Virus record (IMG/VR): IMGVR_UViG_3300049893_001211
Coordinates: 1 to 54,097 of that record
Direction: 5' to 3' (one strand)
DNA: 54,097 nt
Source of the DNA: a virus
Taxonomy: Duplodnaviria; Caudoviricetes
Position 1 is the first letter of the stretch, and every line of letters begins with the position of its first letter. The position numbers and the translations under genes were made by a program. Below are positions 45,619 to 54,097 of this stretch, piece after piece. The notes under the pieces are model-generated. The model was not told the origin of the DNA. It saw only the letters and a list, made by a program, of their open reading frames with translations, and did no database searches.

Positions 45619-47930
45619 ACTGGCCCCTCACAGGCTAATGTTTGTGTTGCGTTAGTATGATCTTGTAGGTTGTCATGAATATACAATCGTTCAAAGGGGA
45701 TATTCTTTGGAAACTTTTCAACCATTTCTTCGTACTCGTGTTCGGTTATTTCAATGTACGGCAATTGATCGTATTTTGCATCTGAGTATGGCAGAAACGA
45801 CATTCCACCTATACTCGTTATATTGGTATAAACCCATTGCATCAAATCCAGAATTTCATCATTCTTGTAGTATATTGTCACACTTGGATTATGTTCTGTC
45901 CAATCTATTTTGTTCTTCAACCAATATTCACATTGTTCGATAGCCGACCATTTCTCACGTACAATCGCACCGTCGGGACTCTTTACAGGAAACGACACCA
46001 CGTAAGTATGTGGGTTGTCTAAATCTTGTCCGTTTTCTGGACTGAGTTGTACTCCTGCGTCACGTAACACTTTAGCCATTGATGATGACGCAGCAACTCG
46101 TACGTTTCGAATGTAGTATTTGGCCCAACGAGGATGAAGTCCACTGCTACAATTAAGTAGCACTGATGAATTCCCACTTGGTTTGACACAAGTAATTGCT
46201 GCACTTCTATTGATTCCAAGTAAATCAGCCATCCACACATTTGTACCAATAGCTATAGCCTGTAAATTAGCAAACAACCCACAACTACTATTTACCAGTA
46301 AAGGACAATCTAGTTGTCCCGAAATATCAACACCTAATAAACGCTCTTCGTGACAATTATGGCTCCATATATCTCGAAGATTTGGAAAGAACGTTGCACA
46401 CGATTGAATTGTTCCGATAATAGTAGCTAATCTAACCTTTCGCTCTAATGATTCAGGTGTATCATTAGAACGAGCTACTACAGAACTAAGATTGCAAAAC
46501 TGGAAGGGACGTAATATTATTTCGCCGCACGGATTTAAACCATATTCTATCGTTTTATTTCGTTCCAGATTTCCAGCACGTCGTTCTGGTAACATATACT
46601 GAGCATTTTCACGTACAAATATCCCAGGTTCCCCACGTTCTGATTCAAACATATTCCACATACGTTTTACAAATTCACGTTGAGTCATTCTTTCAACGTT
46701 GGTCCAAACAGCACTATTGTTTGCATTCCAACGCTGGTTATTTGCTTTAGCAAAGTCCCCATCTTTACAATGAAGCATAAGTTCATCATCTTCATCAAAT
46801 ATAGAAATTAGGGCAGTACGACGAACACCCCCACTAACAACAGCACCACCAATTGCACAAGCAATGTCATGACAATCAAGAGTTGTAAGGCGTTTACCCT
46901 GTCTCGCAAGTATCCTATCTCGGATAAAATCGAGACACTCTCGCAACGGTTCTGGTCCACTTGCACGTCCACCCTTAATCTTTAGTATCGAACCTTTAGG
47001 TCGAATCTTGCTATAATCAAATTGTGTATCTAGTCCATTAAACCAAGCTACTAAACCAAAGCGTAGTGCATCAATCCATCCTTCTGCACTATCACTAATT
47101 TCCTTTACTAATTTTGGTTCTATAAGCTGGTGGGCTACAACTGGTAGTTTACTAATGTTTGTCGATTCTACTGAGAATCCGACCCCACATCCAGCCATCG
47201 AATTAGCAAACAATTCACAAAATGAATCAACGCTATCTAATGGAAGGTAGCTACAATTGTAAAGCACAGAATGATCTCGTCGAGCAGCTTCACCAGCCAT
47301 TGCTAGTAAACGCATACTCGGCATAACTTCCATACGCAAAATAGCAGGCATTACTTCTTCATATACAACTTTTCGTACTTCTTCTCGTTTATCTGTATTC
47401 AAACCAGCAGGACTATACTGTAATACAAGTTCCCATAGAAAATTAACTGAACGTTCTACTGTTTCTTTCCAAGTTTCTCTACGCCCCTGAGACTTGATAA
47501 ATCGAGAATACTTATCATAGAATTGAAATCGTTGTAGTTGTGTAGGAAAATACTGTTCATCTTCCTTGAACGCTGCTAACACATCTTCAGGTATGTATTC
47601 AGCTTCTCTGGCCTTATTACGTTCGTACCTGTAAATGATATAGCGTTCTGCTGCTTCATATTCTCCTGCACTCTGCAACACAAACACTACAGTATCTTGT
47701 ACTTGTTCAACAGTAGGCACTTCATTTGCAAACTTTACTGAAAGTACATTTATTACTCTAGTAGTATAATCTTCTAGGCTAGACAGATATTTCGGTTGTA
47801 GTTGGTATTCTTTTCCAACAAACGAACTGAAACACTTTGTAAGTGCCGTCATTATCCGCATAGGATCAAAGTCTACAATACGACCATCACGCTTCTTTAC
47901 TTGTGTAGGCACCTTTACCGTAACAACCAC
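45603..47930 (-). CDS. nrdJ: Class II (AdoCbl-dependent) ribonucleotide reductase with N-terminal ATP-cone
   Basis: VKKRDGR ATP cone; YNC, GGVRRTA, NPCGEI, TCVKPSG, C-terminal CEGPVC; no NrdB partner. Confidence 0.9.
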   Translation of the reverse strand: MVVTVKVPTQVKKRDGRIVDFDPMRIMTALTKCFSSFVGKEYQLQPKYLSSLEDYTTRVINVLSVKFANEVPTVEQVQDTVVFVLQSAGEYEAAERYIIYRYERNKAREAEYIPEDVLAAFKEDEQYFPTQLQRFQFYDKYSRFIKSQGRRETWKETVERSVNFLWELVLQYSPAGLNTDKREEVRKVVYEEVMPAILRMEVMPSMRLLAMAGEAARRDHSVLYNCSYLPLDSVDSFCELFANSMAGCGVGFSVESTNISKLPVVAHQLIEPKLVKEISDSAEGWIDALRFGLVAWFNGLDTQFDYSKIRPKGSILKIKGGRASGPEPLRECLDFIRDRILARQGKRLTTLDCHDIACAIGGAVVSGGVRRTALISIFDEDDELMLHCKDGDFAKANNQRWNANNSAVWTNVERMTQREFVKRMWNMFESERGEPGIFVRENAQYMLPERRAGNLERNKTIEYGLNPCGEIILRPFQFCNLSSVVARSNDTPESLERKVRLATIIGTIQSCATFFPNLRDIWSHNCHEERLLGVDISGQLDCPLLVNSSCGLFANLQAIAIGTNVWMADLLGINRSAAITCVKPSGNSSVLLNCSSGLHPRWAKYYIRNVRVAASSSMAKVLRDAGVQLSPENGQDLDNPHTYVVSFPVKSPDGAIVREKWSAIEQCEYWLKNKIDWTEHNPSVTIYYKNDEILDLMQWVYTNITSIGGMSFLPYSDAKYDQLPYIEITEHEYEEMVEKFPKNIPFERLYIHDNLQDHTNATQTLACEGPVCLIE

Positions 47931-47944
47931 TGAAGCACCCCAAT

Positions 47945-48018
47945 TGTTGTGGTAGACGGTTCACCATGTCACGCTCCTGGGCTTCCCGTCCTTTACCGCG
48001 TTTCTACTGACCACAACA
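47945..48018 (-). promoter_or_regulatory. Structured 5' leader of nrdJ
   Basis: TGTTGTG/CACAACA, GTAGA/TCTAC and CGGT/ACCG stacked stems closing just before the GGGGTG SD. Confidence 0.45.
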
Positions 48019-48039
48019 TACTACCTAGCTATACACAAT

Positions 48040-48450
48040 TTACAAATCGTCTGGACTAAACTCCACCGAAAGATACTTCTTGTCAGGATCGTTTGCGTCG
48101 AGACGATGTGTCACAGTTGCAATTGCACGATTCCCGTAAAGTCCCTTTGCGTAATCCTCCACATCAAACTTATCGGAATCCATGTCGTCAGGATCGCCAC
48201 CGAAAGCAACAAGCGCCATCTGAAGGTAATACAGAACGCCGCTATTATCCTTGTCAGGATCGTTGCTAATCACGAAATTCCGAAACAGAGAACGACCATC
48301 GAAATCAGTATCACTGTTCCGAATCGTTGCCTGGAAAGTGAGCATGTCGTTACCAGCCTGTGTCTTCTTAGAAGTCACCTTCACAAGAGTAACAGGATAC
48401 TCACCTTCCTCGACAAGCTGACCGATTCCCTTCATGTTGACGACAACCAC
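48040..48450 (-). CDS. DUF669-like ssDNA-binding protein
   Basis: EGEY.V......K..AGNDML...GR.LF; acidic C-terminus; next to Sak4-like ATPase. Confidence 0.7.
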   Translation of the reverse strand: MVVVNMKGIGQLVEEGEYPVTLVKVTSKKTQAGNDMLTFQATIRNSDTDFDGRSLFRNFVISNDPDKDNSGVLYYLQMALVAFGGDPDDMDSDKFDVEDYAKGLYGNRAIATVTHRLDANDPDKKYLSVEFSPDDL

Positions 48451-48539
48451 GGTAGTACCTCTTTTGAACTAAAAACTACAAACGAACAACTATTTATCCG
48501 TGCACTTTGGTATAGGCGGTGCACGCTCCCTTATCCATG

Positions 48540-48591
48540 TTAAGGTTAGAGTTGAGTTAGTAAGTATGTTAGGTTTAGGTTTAGGCTTAGT
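48540..48591. repeat. TTAG(G) short-repeat tract
   Basis: GTTAGGTTTAGGTTTAGGCTTAG plus degenerate copies in an intergenic region. Confidence 0.6.
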
Positions 48592-48597
48592 CAAATG

Positions 48598-49431
48598 TTA
48601 CAATCCTGGTTTACTGTACTTGTCCTTTGGAAACGGCTTACCGTGTTTCACGGTATTTATCAAATCTACCATGAAATTCGATCCACGTTTTACCCATAAT
48701 TGCATGGGCATATCTGCTGCTGCCTCTGTAGGACTCACACGAAACTTTGTATCAAGTCGTTCATCTGGTGCAAAATCAAGTAACCGTACATAATCAGATC
48801 GTGCCGTTCCTGGTACAGTCAATCTGCCGACAAGTGTTGCCATTCCAGGAAACGCTGCTCCGAATTTTGGTGTAAGTAATACCTTGATTCGCACCCTATC
48901 AGTAAGCTGATCTTTTTCGGTTTCCTCCCACAACACCATCAACAAATTTTTGCCTTGACTATAACACGCTGTACGCATATCACGTACAAACTCCATCATA
49001 TCAGCAGTGATAGTTCCCCAGAGTTTCAGTGCATCACTACCTTGTGGCATACCTGATGGTGCGTAATGTTTCACACACAACTGTTGTAACTCAGACATAT
49101 TATCAATAATATACGATTGAAAATCACCTTCGCCTTTCTCAATTGCAGCCTTAATCTTCTTCATTTCATTCCACGAAGATATTTTCAGTATATTCAATCC
49201 TTTGTCTTGTAAGTGTACCACACTACTACTTGACCTATCAATATCTATCAATAATGCAGGTGCACCATCTTCACCTGCATTTACTACTTCAGCACATAAA
49301 GTAGTTTTTCCAGAACCTCCTACACCATACACTGCAAGAAATACACTTTTTGGAGTCGTTTCCTGACTAATTTGTAATCCTGCAAACGATTTAGCGTTTT
49401 GTGGTGTTAGTACAGTCATACTATTTGCCAC
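48598..49431 (-). CDS. AAA_24/Sak4-like ATPase
   Basis: VYGVGGSGKTT Walker A, LLIDID, IIDNMSE, WG. Confidence 0.8.
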   Translation of the reverse strand: MANSMTVLTPQNAKSFAGLQISQETTPKSVFLAVYGVGGSGKTTLCAEVVNAGEDGAPALLIDIDRSSSSVVHLQDKGLNILKISSWNEMKKIKAAIEKGEGDFQSYIIDNMSELQQLCVKHYAPSGMPQGSDALKLWGTITADMMEFVRDMRTACYSQGKNLLMVLWEETEKDQLTDRVRIKVLLTPKFGAAFPGMATLVGRLTVPGTARSDYVRLLDFAPDERLDTKFRVSPTEAAADMPMQLWVKRGSNFMVDLINTVKHGKPFPKDKYSKPGL

Positions 49432-50458
49432 CCCTTACAATTGGTTCTCTTGGAATAAAATATTGGGCTAACAATCTCGCAGGGTCTTCGCCTTTCATTT
49501 GCATCATGCACACTTCTTGAAAATTACAATCTGAACAACCCTGCCAAGGTACATTAGGATATATCTCAGGGGTACTTCCCATTTCGTTTATCTCTTTAGC
49601 CAGGTTACGTCCCCACTCATTTAGTTCTGCTTCACCTTTTGGAAGAACTTTTCGAATAAACAAGTCTTCCATTCGACCAGGACGTTTCTCTTTCTGCATA
49701 TATTTCGGTGGTTCATTACGCTTCCACATACCATCATACGCCACACCAGCTACAGTACCTATGCCTAATTGCTGTACAACCCAACAATATCCCGTAAACT
49801 GGTCATTCATATGTAAGTCTTGAATCCGTGGCCGATTGCTGTAAGTCTTGTGCTCAAGTACAAACAACCGACCGTGTTTATCCTGCAACAATCCATCAAG
49901 TGTTGCGCTTAGATAATGATATAATTTACCTAGTCCTGAACAATTTGAGCATCCAACACCAGGACCAACATCCGTTTTTTGCTTTATTCCTTTTCCAGCA
50001 CATCTAGTACACACATGTTCTGTTCCAGGTACAGGTACTACAACCTCTTGTTCAGGACTAGCAAACGACATATGTTCTGGAATAGGACTCTTGTGATATG
50101 CTTGGTAGTTACTCATTATATCTATACCAAGCTGTACCACATTTAACAATGAATGCAATTGTCCTTCAGCTAACTTGAGTCCTGTTCGATTTTCGTATGA
50201 CTCTTCAATCTCACGCTTTCGGTCACTTGCATTCTTTATAAACAGAGAGGCTAGCATATTTTCCTGCATAGCCTCCTCTGAATCATTCGTATATTGATGT
50301 ATCCAGTCCGCTAAAGCACGATGTACCAATCCTCCTAGTTCTAATTCTTCTGGTCCTGCACCAATTCCCGTTAGATTTCTACGTGCATTACTACTATAAT
50401 CCCATTTTCGTCTACATCTTCGAAATGTTTGACGGTCTGTTACACTAAATGTTGCCAT
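49421..50458 (-). CDS. Cas4/RecB-like PD-(D/E)xK exonuclease with inserted zinc finger
   Basis: CRRKW, G..VH.ALA, LDG...EHKT, Q...Y, C..C.F...C; start moved to ATG 50458 downstream of promoter. Confidence 0.85.
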   Translation of the reverse strand: MATFSVTDRQTFRRCRRKWDYSSNARRNLTGIGAGPEELELGGLVHRALADWIHQYTNDSEEAMQENMLASLFIKNASDRKREIEESYENRTGLKLAEGQLHSLLNVVQLGIDIMSNYQAYHKSPIPEHMSFASPEQEVVVPVPGTEHVCTRCAGKGIKQKTDVGPGVGCSNCSGLGKLYHYLSATLDGLLQDKHGRLFVLEHKTYSNRPRIQDLHMNDQFTGYCWVVQQLGIGTVAGVAYDGMWKRNEPPKYMQKEKRPGRMEDLFIRKVLPKGEAELNEWGRNLAKEINEMGSTPEIYPNVPWQGCSDCNFQEVCMMQMKGEDPARLLAQYFIPREPIVRGGK

Positions 50459-50512
50459 GTGTTTTATCCTATTCTTTACACAAAATCGAACGCATAATGG
50501 TTCGACCCTTAC

Positions 50513-50547
50513 ATCATACCACATACCTTATAGGATGTCAATATATA
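50513..50547 (-). promoter_or_regulatory. Sigma70-type promoter
   Basis: TATATA-TTGACA-17 nt (ending TGTGG)-TATGAT. Confidence 0.85.
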
Positions 50548-50581
50548 AGATTACCACACCTTGTACCTCACAGGTTCATTT

Positions 50582-51931
50582 TTATTTCCCTTTATTTAGA
50601 ACTAGTTCGAGTAACTCTCGGGTTGCTTGGATTGAGGTTTTTCGTCCTTTGGCAATTCTGTGTATCGTCTCGTCAATTGATCCTCGTACTTGGACATAGA
50701 ATACGCGAACAGGCTCACGATCGAGGCCGTTATCGTTACGATCACGAACAACACGACTAAGAAACTGGTGGTTTGATCCATAAACATAGTGTTCCTCTGC
50801 AAATATAAACAATCTATACTCGTACAGGTTTACACCTTCCATCAAACTATACTGTGATGCCACAATATGTTTGTTGTGTTGTTGTGCCCACATAGCAAGT
50901 TTTTGTCGTTCGGTTCCTGGCAAATCTCCTGTAATTAATACAGCACTCTTACCTAATATCTTAGCCATTTCCTCTGCATGGTCTTTATACCAAAAACCTA
51001 TTACAGCAGGCTTGTCGTTATTATCTTCAATAATTCCCTTTACTGCATCAAACTTACCACTATTTACAGTCACCTGTCGAAGTGTATGTAATACCCCTGT
51101 AGGCTGAAATATCAATCGCTTCTGTTCTTCTTCGTCTTTCCATTTCAAACTGTAGTCATTTACAAGTTTCTCATATATAACTCGCATTGCAGGAGGCATC
51201 GGAAGCTTGACTACACTCTCGACTACTTCAGGTAAGTAGCGTCCTACCTCTGCATATGTACGACCTAACATGATAGGCTTGAGTAAATCTTTCAAGCCTT
51301 GCCGCATAGCTTTCTTTACACCGAATATCTTTGTTCCATATGGTCCATGTAAACTAATGCAGTACATCTTTACAAAAGCGTGATAGCTTCTAAAGATATC
51401 TGGATACAGTATGTGTGCCTGCATCCATATATCATCAATGTTCTTCCAGAATGGAGTCGCTGTAAGGTTGTAAATCCTCGCACTAGGATTGTCATTCTCT
51501 AACAACTTTACAGCTTTGGTTTTATCTGCTTTTCTATTCCGCAAATGGTGACTCTCGTCATTGATGAAGGTACGAATGCCCGTAGGCATATCATACGATT
51601 TTACCATTTCATAGTTTACAATATACCAATCTGCTTGTTTACTTAGTACAATATCTCGTTGTGTACGTGTACCATCAGCATGAGCTATTACAGCATCTTC
51701 ATGTTCACGTCTAATAGCATCTTCCCACTGTCCACATAGATATCGTGGAGCTACTACCATTGCAGGTAGTTCTGCTGCTCGAATAGCTTGTGGAGTTTTT
51801 CCTAAACCTGGATCATCCGTAAGAAATCCACGACGAATCGTACGCAAAAACTGTGTACCTAAACGCTGATATTCTCTATCCTCATAACCTCCTATAACGT
51901 TACTCGGTGTTGTCTGCATGGACATCGCCAT
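50582..51931 (-). CDS. SNF2-family helicase
   Basis: YQ..G, DDPGLGKT, NYE, DESH, LTATP, EGVNL; start moved to ATG 51931 with GGGGAG SD. Confidence 0.85.
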   Translation of the reverse strand: MAMSMQTTPSNVIGGYEDREYQRLGTQFLRTIRRGFLTDDPGLGKTPQAIRAAELPAMVVAPRYLCGQWEDAIRREHEDAVIAHADGTRTQRDIVLSKQADWYIVNYEMVKSYDMPTGIRTFINDESHHLRNRKADKTKAVKLLENDNPSARIYNLTATPFWKNIDDIWMQAHILYPDIFRSYHAFVKMYCISLHGPYGTKIFGVKKAMRQGLKDLLKPIMLGRTYAEVGRYLPEVVESVVKLPMPPAMRVIYEKLVNDYSLKWKDEEEQKRLIFQPTGVLHTLRQVTVNSGKFDAVKGIIEDNNDKPAVIGFWYKDHAEEMAKILGKSAVLITGDLPGTERQKLAMWAQQHNKHIVASQYSLMEGVNLYEYRLFIFAEEHYVYGSNHQFLSRVVRDRNDNGLDREPVRVFYVQVRGSIDETIHRIAKGRKTSIQATRELLELVLNKGK

Positions 51932-52148
51932 CGTGTCGCTCCCCGTGGTCTGGTACTTCGTACAAGTACAAATCAAACTTTCGTACTTGTCCATTATGCA
52001 TGAGGTCCATTTCGATCCTCGATTCTTCTGTGTTCCAAACTACTCTAGACAAATCAAAGAGTGTTGGAAAGCGCGGTCCCCACCTACGCTTACTTTTCAC
52101 TGCTTCTACAATTTCTTCGAGCAGGGTTTCGATTGTAAGCTGTGGCAT
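51900..52148 (-). CDS. Hypothetical protein
   Basis: AAGGTG SD; in operon. Confidence 0.55.
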   Translation of the reverse strand: MPQLTIETLLEEIVEAVKSKRRWGPRFPTLFDLSRVVWNTEESRIEMDLMHNGQVRKFDLYLYEVPDHGERHDGDVHADNTE

Positions 52149-52166
52149 GTTAGTAAAACACCTTAC

Positions 52167-52244
52167 CTATTTTGAATCTAACCAAACTAAGAGTGCCAGT
52201 ATAACTACAATAGTTATAACCGTAAACTCAAACTCAGTTAACAC
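52167..52244 (-). CDS. 25-aa single-TM micropeptide
   Basis: Manual translation (GTG start) MLTEFEFTVITIVVILALLVWLDSK; fills intergenic gap. Confidence 0.45.
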   Translation of the reverse strand: MLTEFEFTVITIVVILALLVWLDSK

Positions 52245-52557
52245 TTTCTAACTTCCTTGCTTCATTTTTCATTTCCTGTACAAAGTCAGAAAACTTTGGA
52301 TATGCATTTGCATCCCAAATACTGTACACTGCACGTACAGCTTCCACAGGTAACTCATATGCTTCTGACAACGATTCCCAGTACGTCTCTTCTGTATCAG
52401 TAGCAGCACCAGCCTTACCACCACAAACAGGACAATACTTTAATTCTCCTACACGTGTAGATGGTCCATATAAAAACCGCCCTACACGCAAACGAGTCAT
52501 ACAGTCTTTTTCGAAGCATCTAAGCGTCATCAGGTGCACGTCACGATACGAGTTCAT
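52234..52557 (-). CDS. Zinc-ribbon protein
   Basis: C...DC...YCPVCG; GGAAGGA SD before ATG 52557. Confidence 0.6.
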   Translation of the reverse strand: MNSYRDVHLMTLRCFEKDCMTRLRVGRFLYGPSTRVGELKYCPVCGGKAGAATDTEETYWESLSEAYELPVEAVRAVYSIWDANAYPKFSDFVQEMKNEARKLESVN

Positions 52558-52559
52558 TA

Positions 52560-52823
52560 TTATCCTTCCATCTTTTCTATACACGACAAACACTTTACAA
52601 TGTCGTCATCTTGTAATATGTTTGTCTTTTTGGTGTACACCATGTACCCTGGTTTTCTAATGTTCAACACTAAGCCACAATGCATCTTTAGCATTGTCTC
52701 CGATAATGCCATTCTAGGATAATGGTACACCTGTCTGTGTTTCCATGAAAACCACCTACGAGGTACAATAAGTTGTGATTGTATCTGTGTTTGTGTTTGT
52801 ATCCTAGTATCCGCTACCATCAC
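52560..52823 (-). CDS. Hypothetical protein (H...CG...CxxC)
   Basis: ORF in operon with Zn-ligand pattern. Confidence 0.5.
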   Translation of the reverse strand: MMVADTRIQTQTQIQSQLIVPRRWFSWKHRQVYHYPRMALSETMLKMHCGLVLNIRKPGYMVYTKKTNILQDDDIVKCLSCIEKMEG

Positions 52824-53128
52824 CGGCCCTTTTCGTTTTTGATTCTAAAAAGCTGCCAACAATTCTTACAATACACACAATGTTCAAAAATGTTGTACCC
52901 ATCTGGTAGCTCTTTTCCCCCCAGAAACACCATATTTCTATGGTCACTACAACTACTTATACCTATAATGTCTCGTAAATCGATTCCTACGAGGATGGCT
53001 ATATTACACAAATCCCGAAACGAATACTTACTCAAGTCTAGTTCTTTTGGTAAGACACGTTTCGGTTCGCGCCGTGTGATTACACCTATGTCCCCAACGT
53101 AAACAGGTGCCATCCCACTTTTACGCAT
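52820..53128 (-). CDS. Hypothetical protein (C..H...C..C)
   Basis: Coupled ORF. Confidence 0.5.
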   Translation of the reverse strand: MRKSGMAPVYVGDIGVITRREPKRVLPKELDLSKYSFRDLCNIAILVGIDLRDIIGISSCSDHRNMVFLGGKELPDGYNIFEHCVYCKNCWQLFRIKNEKGR

Positions 53129-53364
53129 TAGTAGTCATCCTCATATGTTGATTGAACTAGGTTACACTTTATTAATGAGCCGAGCGCCGTTATGATTATA
53201 CGTTGTTCTATGTACTTGAATTCGATATACTCTCTCCTAATTTCGGCTACTAGTTCTAAAACTCGTTTCGGCCCCCTACACAACACAACTAATATTGCTT
53301 TTTGAATGGACCTAAAATCGTTGATGCACATTAAACCTTCATTGGTAATGCACAGCCGATTCAT
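53128..53364 (-). CDS. Winged-helix-like protein
   Basis: IL..L..GP....EL...I......I..AL..L....LV pattern; first gene after promoter. Confidence 0.55.
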   Translation of the reverse strand: MNRLCITNEGLMCINDFRSIQKAILVVLCRGPKRVLELVAEIRREYIEFKYIEQRIIITALGSLIKCNLVQSTYEDDY

Positions 53365-53386
53365 GTTTTAGTCCCCCTACCATACT

Positions 53387-53422
53387 AGTGTACCACACTA
53401 TACACTATATGTCAATATATAG
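53387..53422 (-). promoter_or_regulatory. Sigma70-type promoter
   Basis: CTATATA-TTGACA-17 nt (ending TGTGG)-TACACT. Confidence 0.85.
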
Positions 53423-53430
53423 AATTACAT

Positions 53431-53712
53431 TCACTCATTCGGATGCTTTTCAAGGATAGCAGCAAGTCGTTTGACTTCCTTAAGTAGATATGCTACATCT
53501 TCTCTAGCATACGAAACGAAAACTAGATTTTGGTTATCTGGACTTACTCCAAGTGCATCACCATCGTAACCTTCAATGGGTCCGACACTCCATGCACATC
53601 CATTCAACGTACCTTCAGGAATCTCCCAATGTCCAGGTCTTGCACGCTTTAGCCGAGATTCAATCGCTTCTAGTCGTGTGGTATCAATTTCTGATTTATA
53701 CATTAGGATCAA
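53431..53712 (-). CDS. Ead/Ea22-like phage protein
   Basis: LEAIE.R...A.PG.W...N..F...AREDV..LL.EV.RL. Confidence 0.6.
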   Translation of the reverse strand: MILMYKSEIDTTRLEAIESRLKRARPGHWEIPEGTLNGCAWSVGPIEGYDGDALGVSPDNQNLVFVSYAREDVAYLLKEVKRLAAILEKHPNE

Positions 53713-54031
53713 CTCCCTTTCGTTTCAAACTATTTTCAATTCCCAACACATCTGCAAGTCTTTGTTCTTTCTCAAGTGCTGCCAACAACTTAGCTACTTC
53801 CACACGACCCTTCTTTGTTCGTTCCTTTGTAGCATTCTTTCGTTCTTCGTCAGTAAGATACTTCCTACGTCTATCTGTACTAACTTCACCTTCTAGGTTA
53901 TATCCAATATACTCGGCAACTGCTTTCCTTATTACAAGCGACGCACTCAAGTTGTGTAGTTGTGCAAAGCTTCCTAAAGCATCTTTGAATTCTTCTGTAC
54001 ACGTGAAAAGAATTTGTGCTTTTTGTGTCAC
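53696..54031 (-). CDS. RHH/CopG-like DNA-binding protein
   Basis: ILFTC.EEFK.AL..FA....LSAS.VIRKAV.EY; GGAG SD. Confidence 0.6.
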   Translation of the reverse strand: MTQKAQILFTCTEEFKDALGSFAQLHNLSASLVIRKAVAEYIGYNLEGEVSTDRRRKYLTDEERKNATKERTKKGRVEVAKLLAALEKEQRLADVLGIENSLKRKGVDPNV

Positions 54032-54097
54032 AGTCTACACTCCGCCTGCTTTGAATGTGTCACCACATATAATATACACCATCAGGGTATCGTTTGT

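Noticed and set aside
47945-48018. Cobalamin riboswitch upstream of nrdJ
   Set aside because: Contains GGGAA and GGTGAA words but is too short and lacks the ordered core and B12 box; kept only as an unknown structured leader
48569-48591. Telomere-like TTAGG repeats or G-quadruplex
   Set aside because: Only three GG-containing units in tandem, internal location; not telomeric
49421-50458. Cas4-like gene as evidence of a CRISPR system
   Set aside because: Stand-alone phage exonuclease in a Sak4/SSB recombination module; no array or other cas genes
1-54097. Stop-codon reassignment suggested by TAG-rich sequence
   Set aside because: Standard code gives full-length, densely packed genes, several ending in TAG; no suppressor tRNA
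1-54097. Lysogeny module, introns or inteins
   Set aside because: No integrase, CI-like repressor or ParA seen; TerL, PolA, RNR and helicases are uninterrupted and of ordinary length

Overview
This window looks like an essentially complete, probably circularly permuted ~54 kb genome of a lytic long-tailed dsDNA phage (siphovirus-like). No integrase or CI-type repressor was seen. The host is probably monoderm (Actinomycetota- or Chloroflexota-like; inference from gene content only). The + arm (~1.4-33.9 kb) encodes packaging, head, tail and membrane/lysis proteins. The - arm (~34-54 kb, wrapping to 1-1.3 kb) encodes a GH25 lysozyme, nucleotide metabolism (ThyX, dCMP deaminase, MazG-like, class II RNR), a UDG-fused PolA, a primase-helicase, a Cas4-like/Sak4/SSB recombination module, an SNF2 helicase and two tRNAs (Val-TAC, Glu-TTC). 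Three near-identical sigma70-type promoters drive this arm, and the two arms meet at a bidirectional terminator. The most notable element is a five-glycosyltransferase system. Three GTs bracket a ~7.5 kb cassette of putative fibre/appendage genes, including an 18-repeat Ser/Thr-rich protein, inserted between portal and capsid protease. Two more GT2s, one a clear paralog of the late GT2, sit next to a divergent ThyX and near a PolA with unusual substitutions in conserved motifs. Several unexplained structured RNA elements are also present: between the tRNAs, in the nrdJ leader, CAGGACG-loop hairpins before the tail chaperone, and an SD-hairpin-ATG arrangement after the capsid gene. All product calls come from reading motifs by eye; no searches were run.
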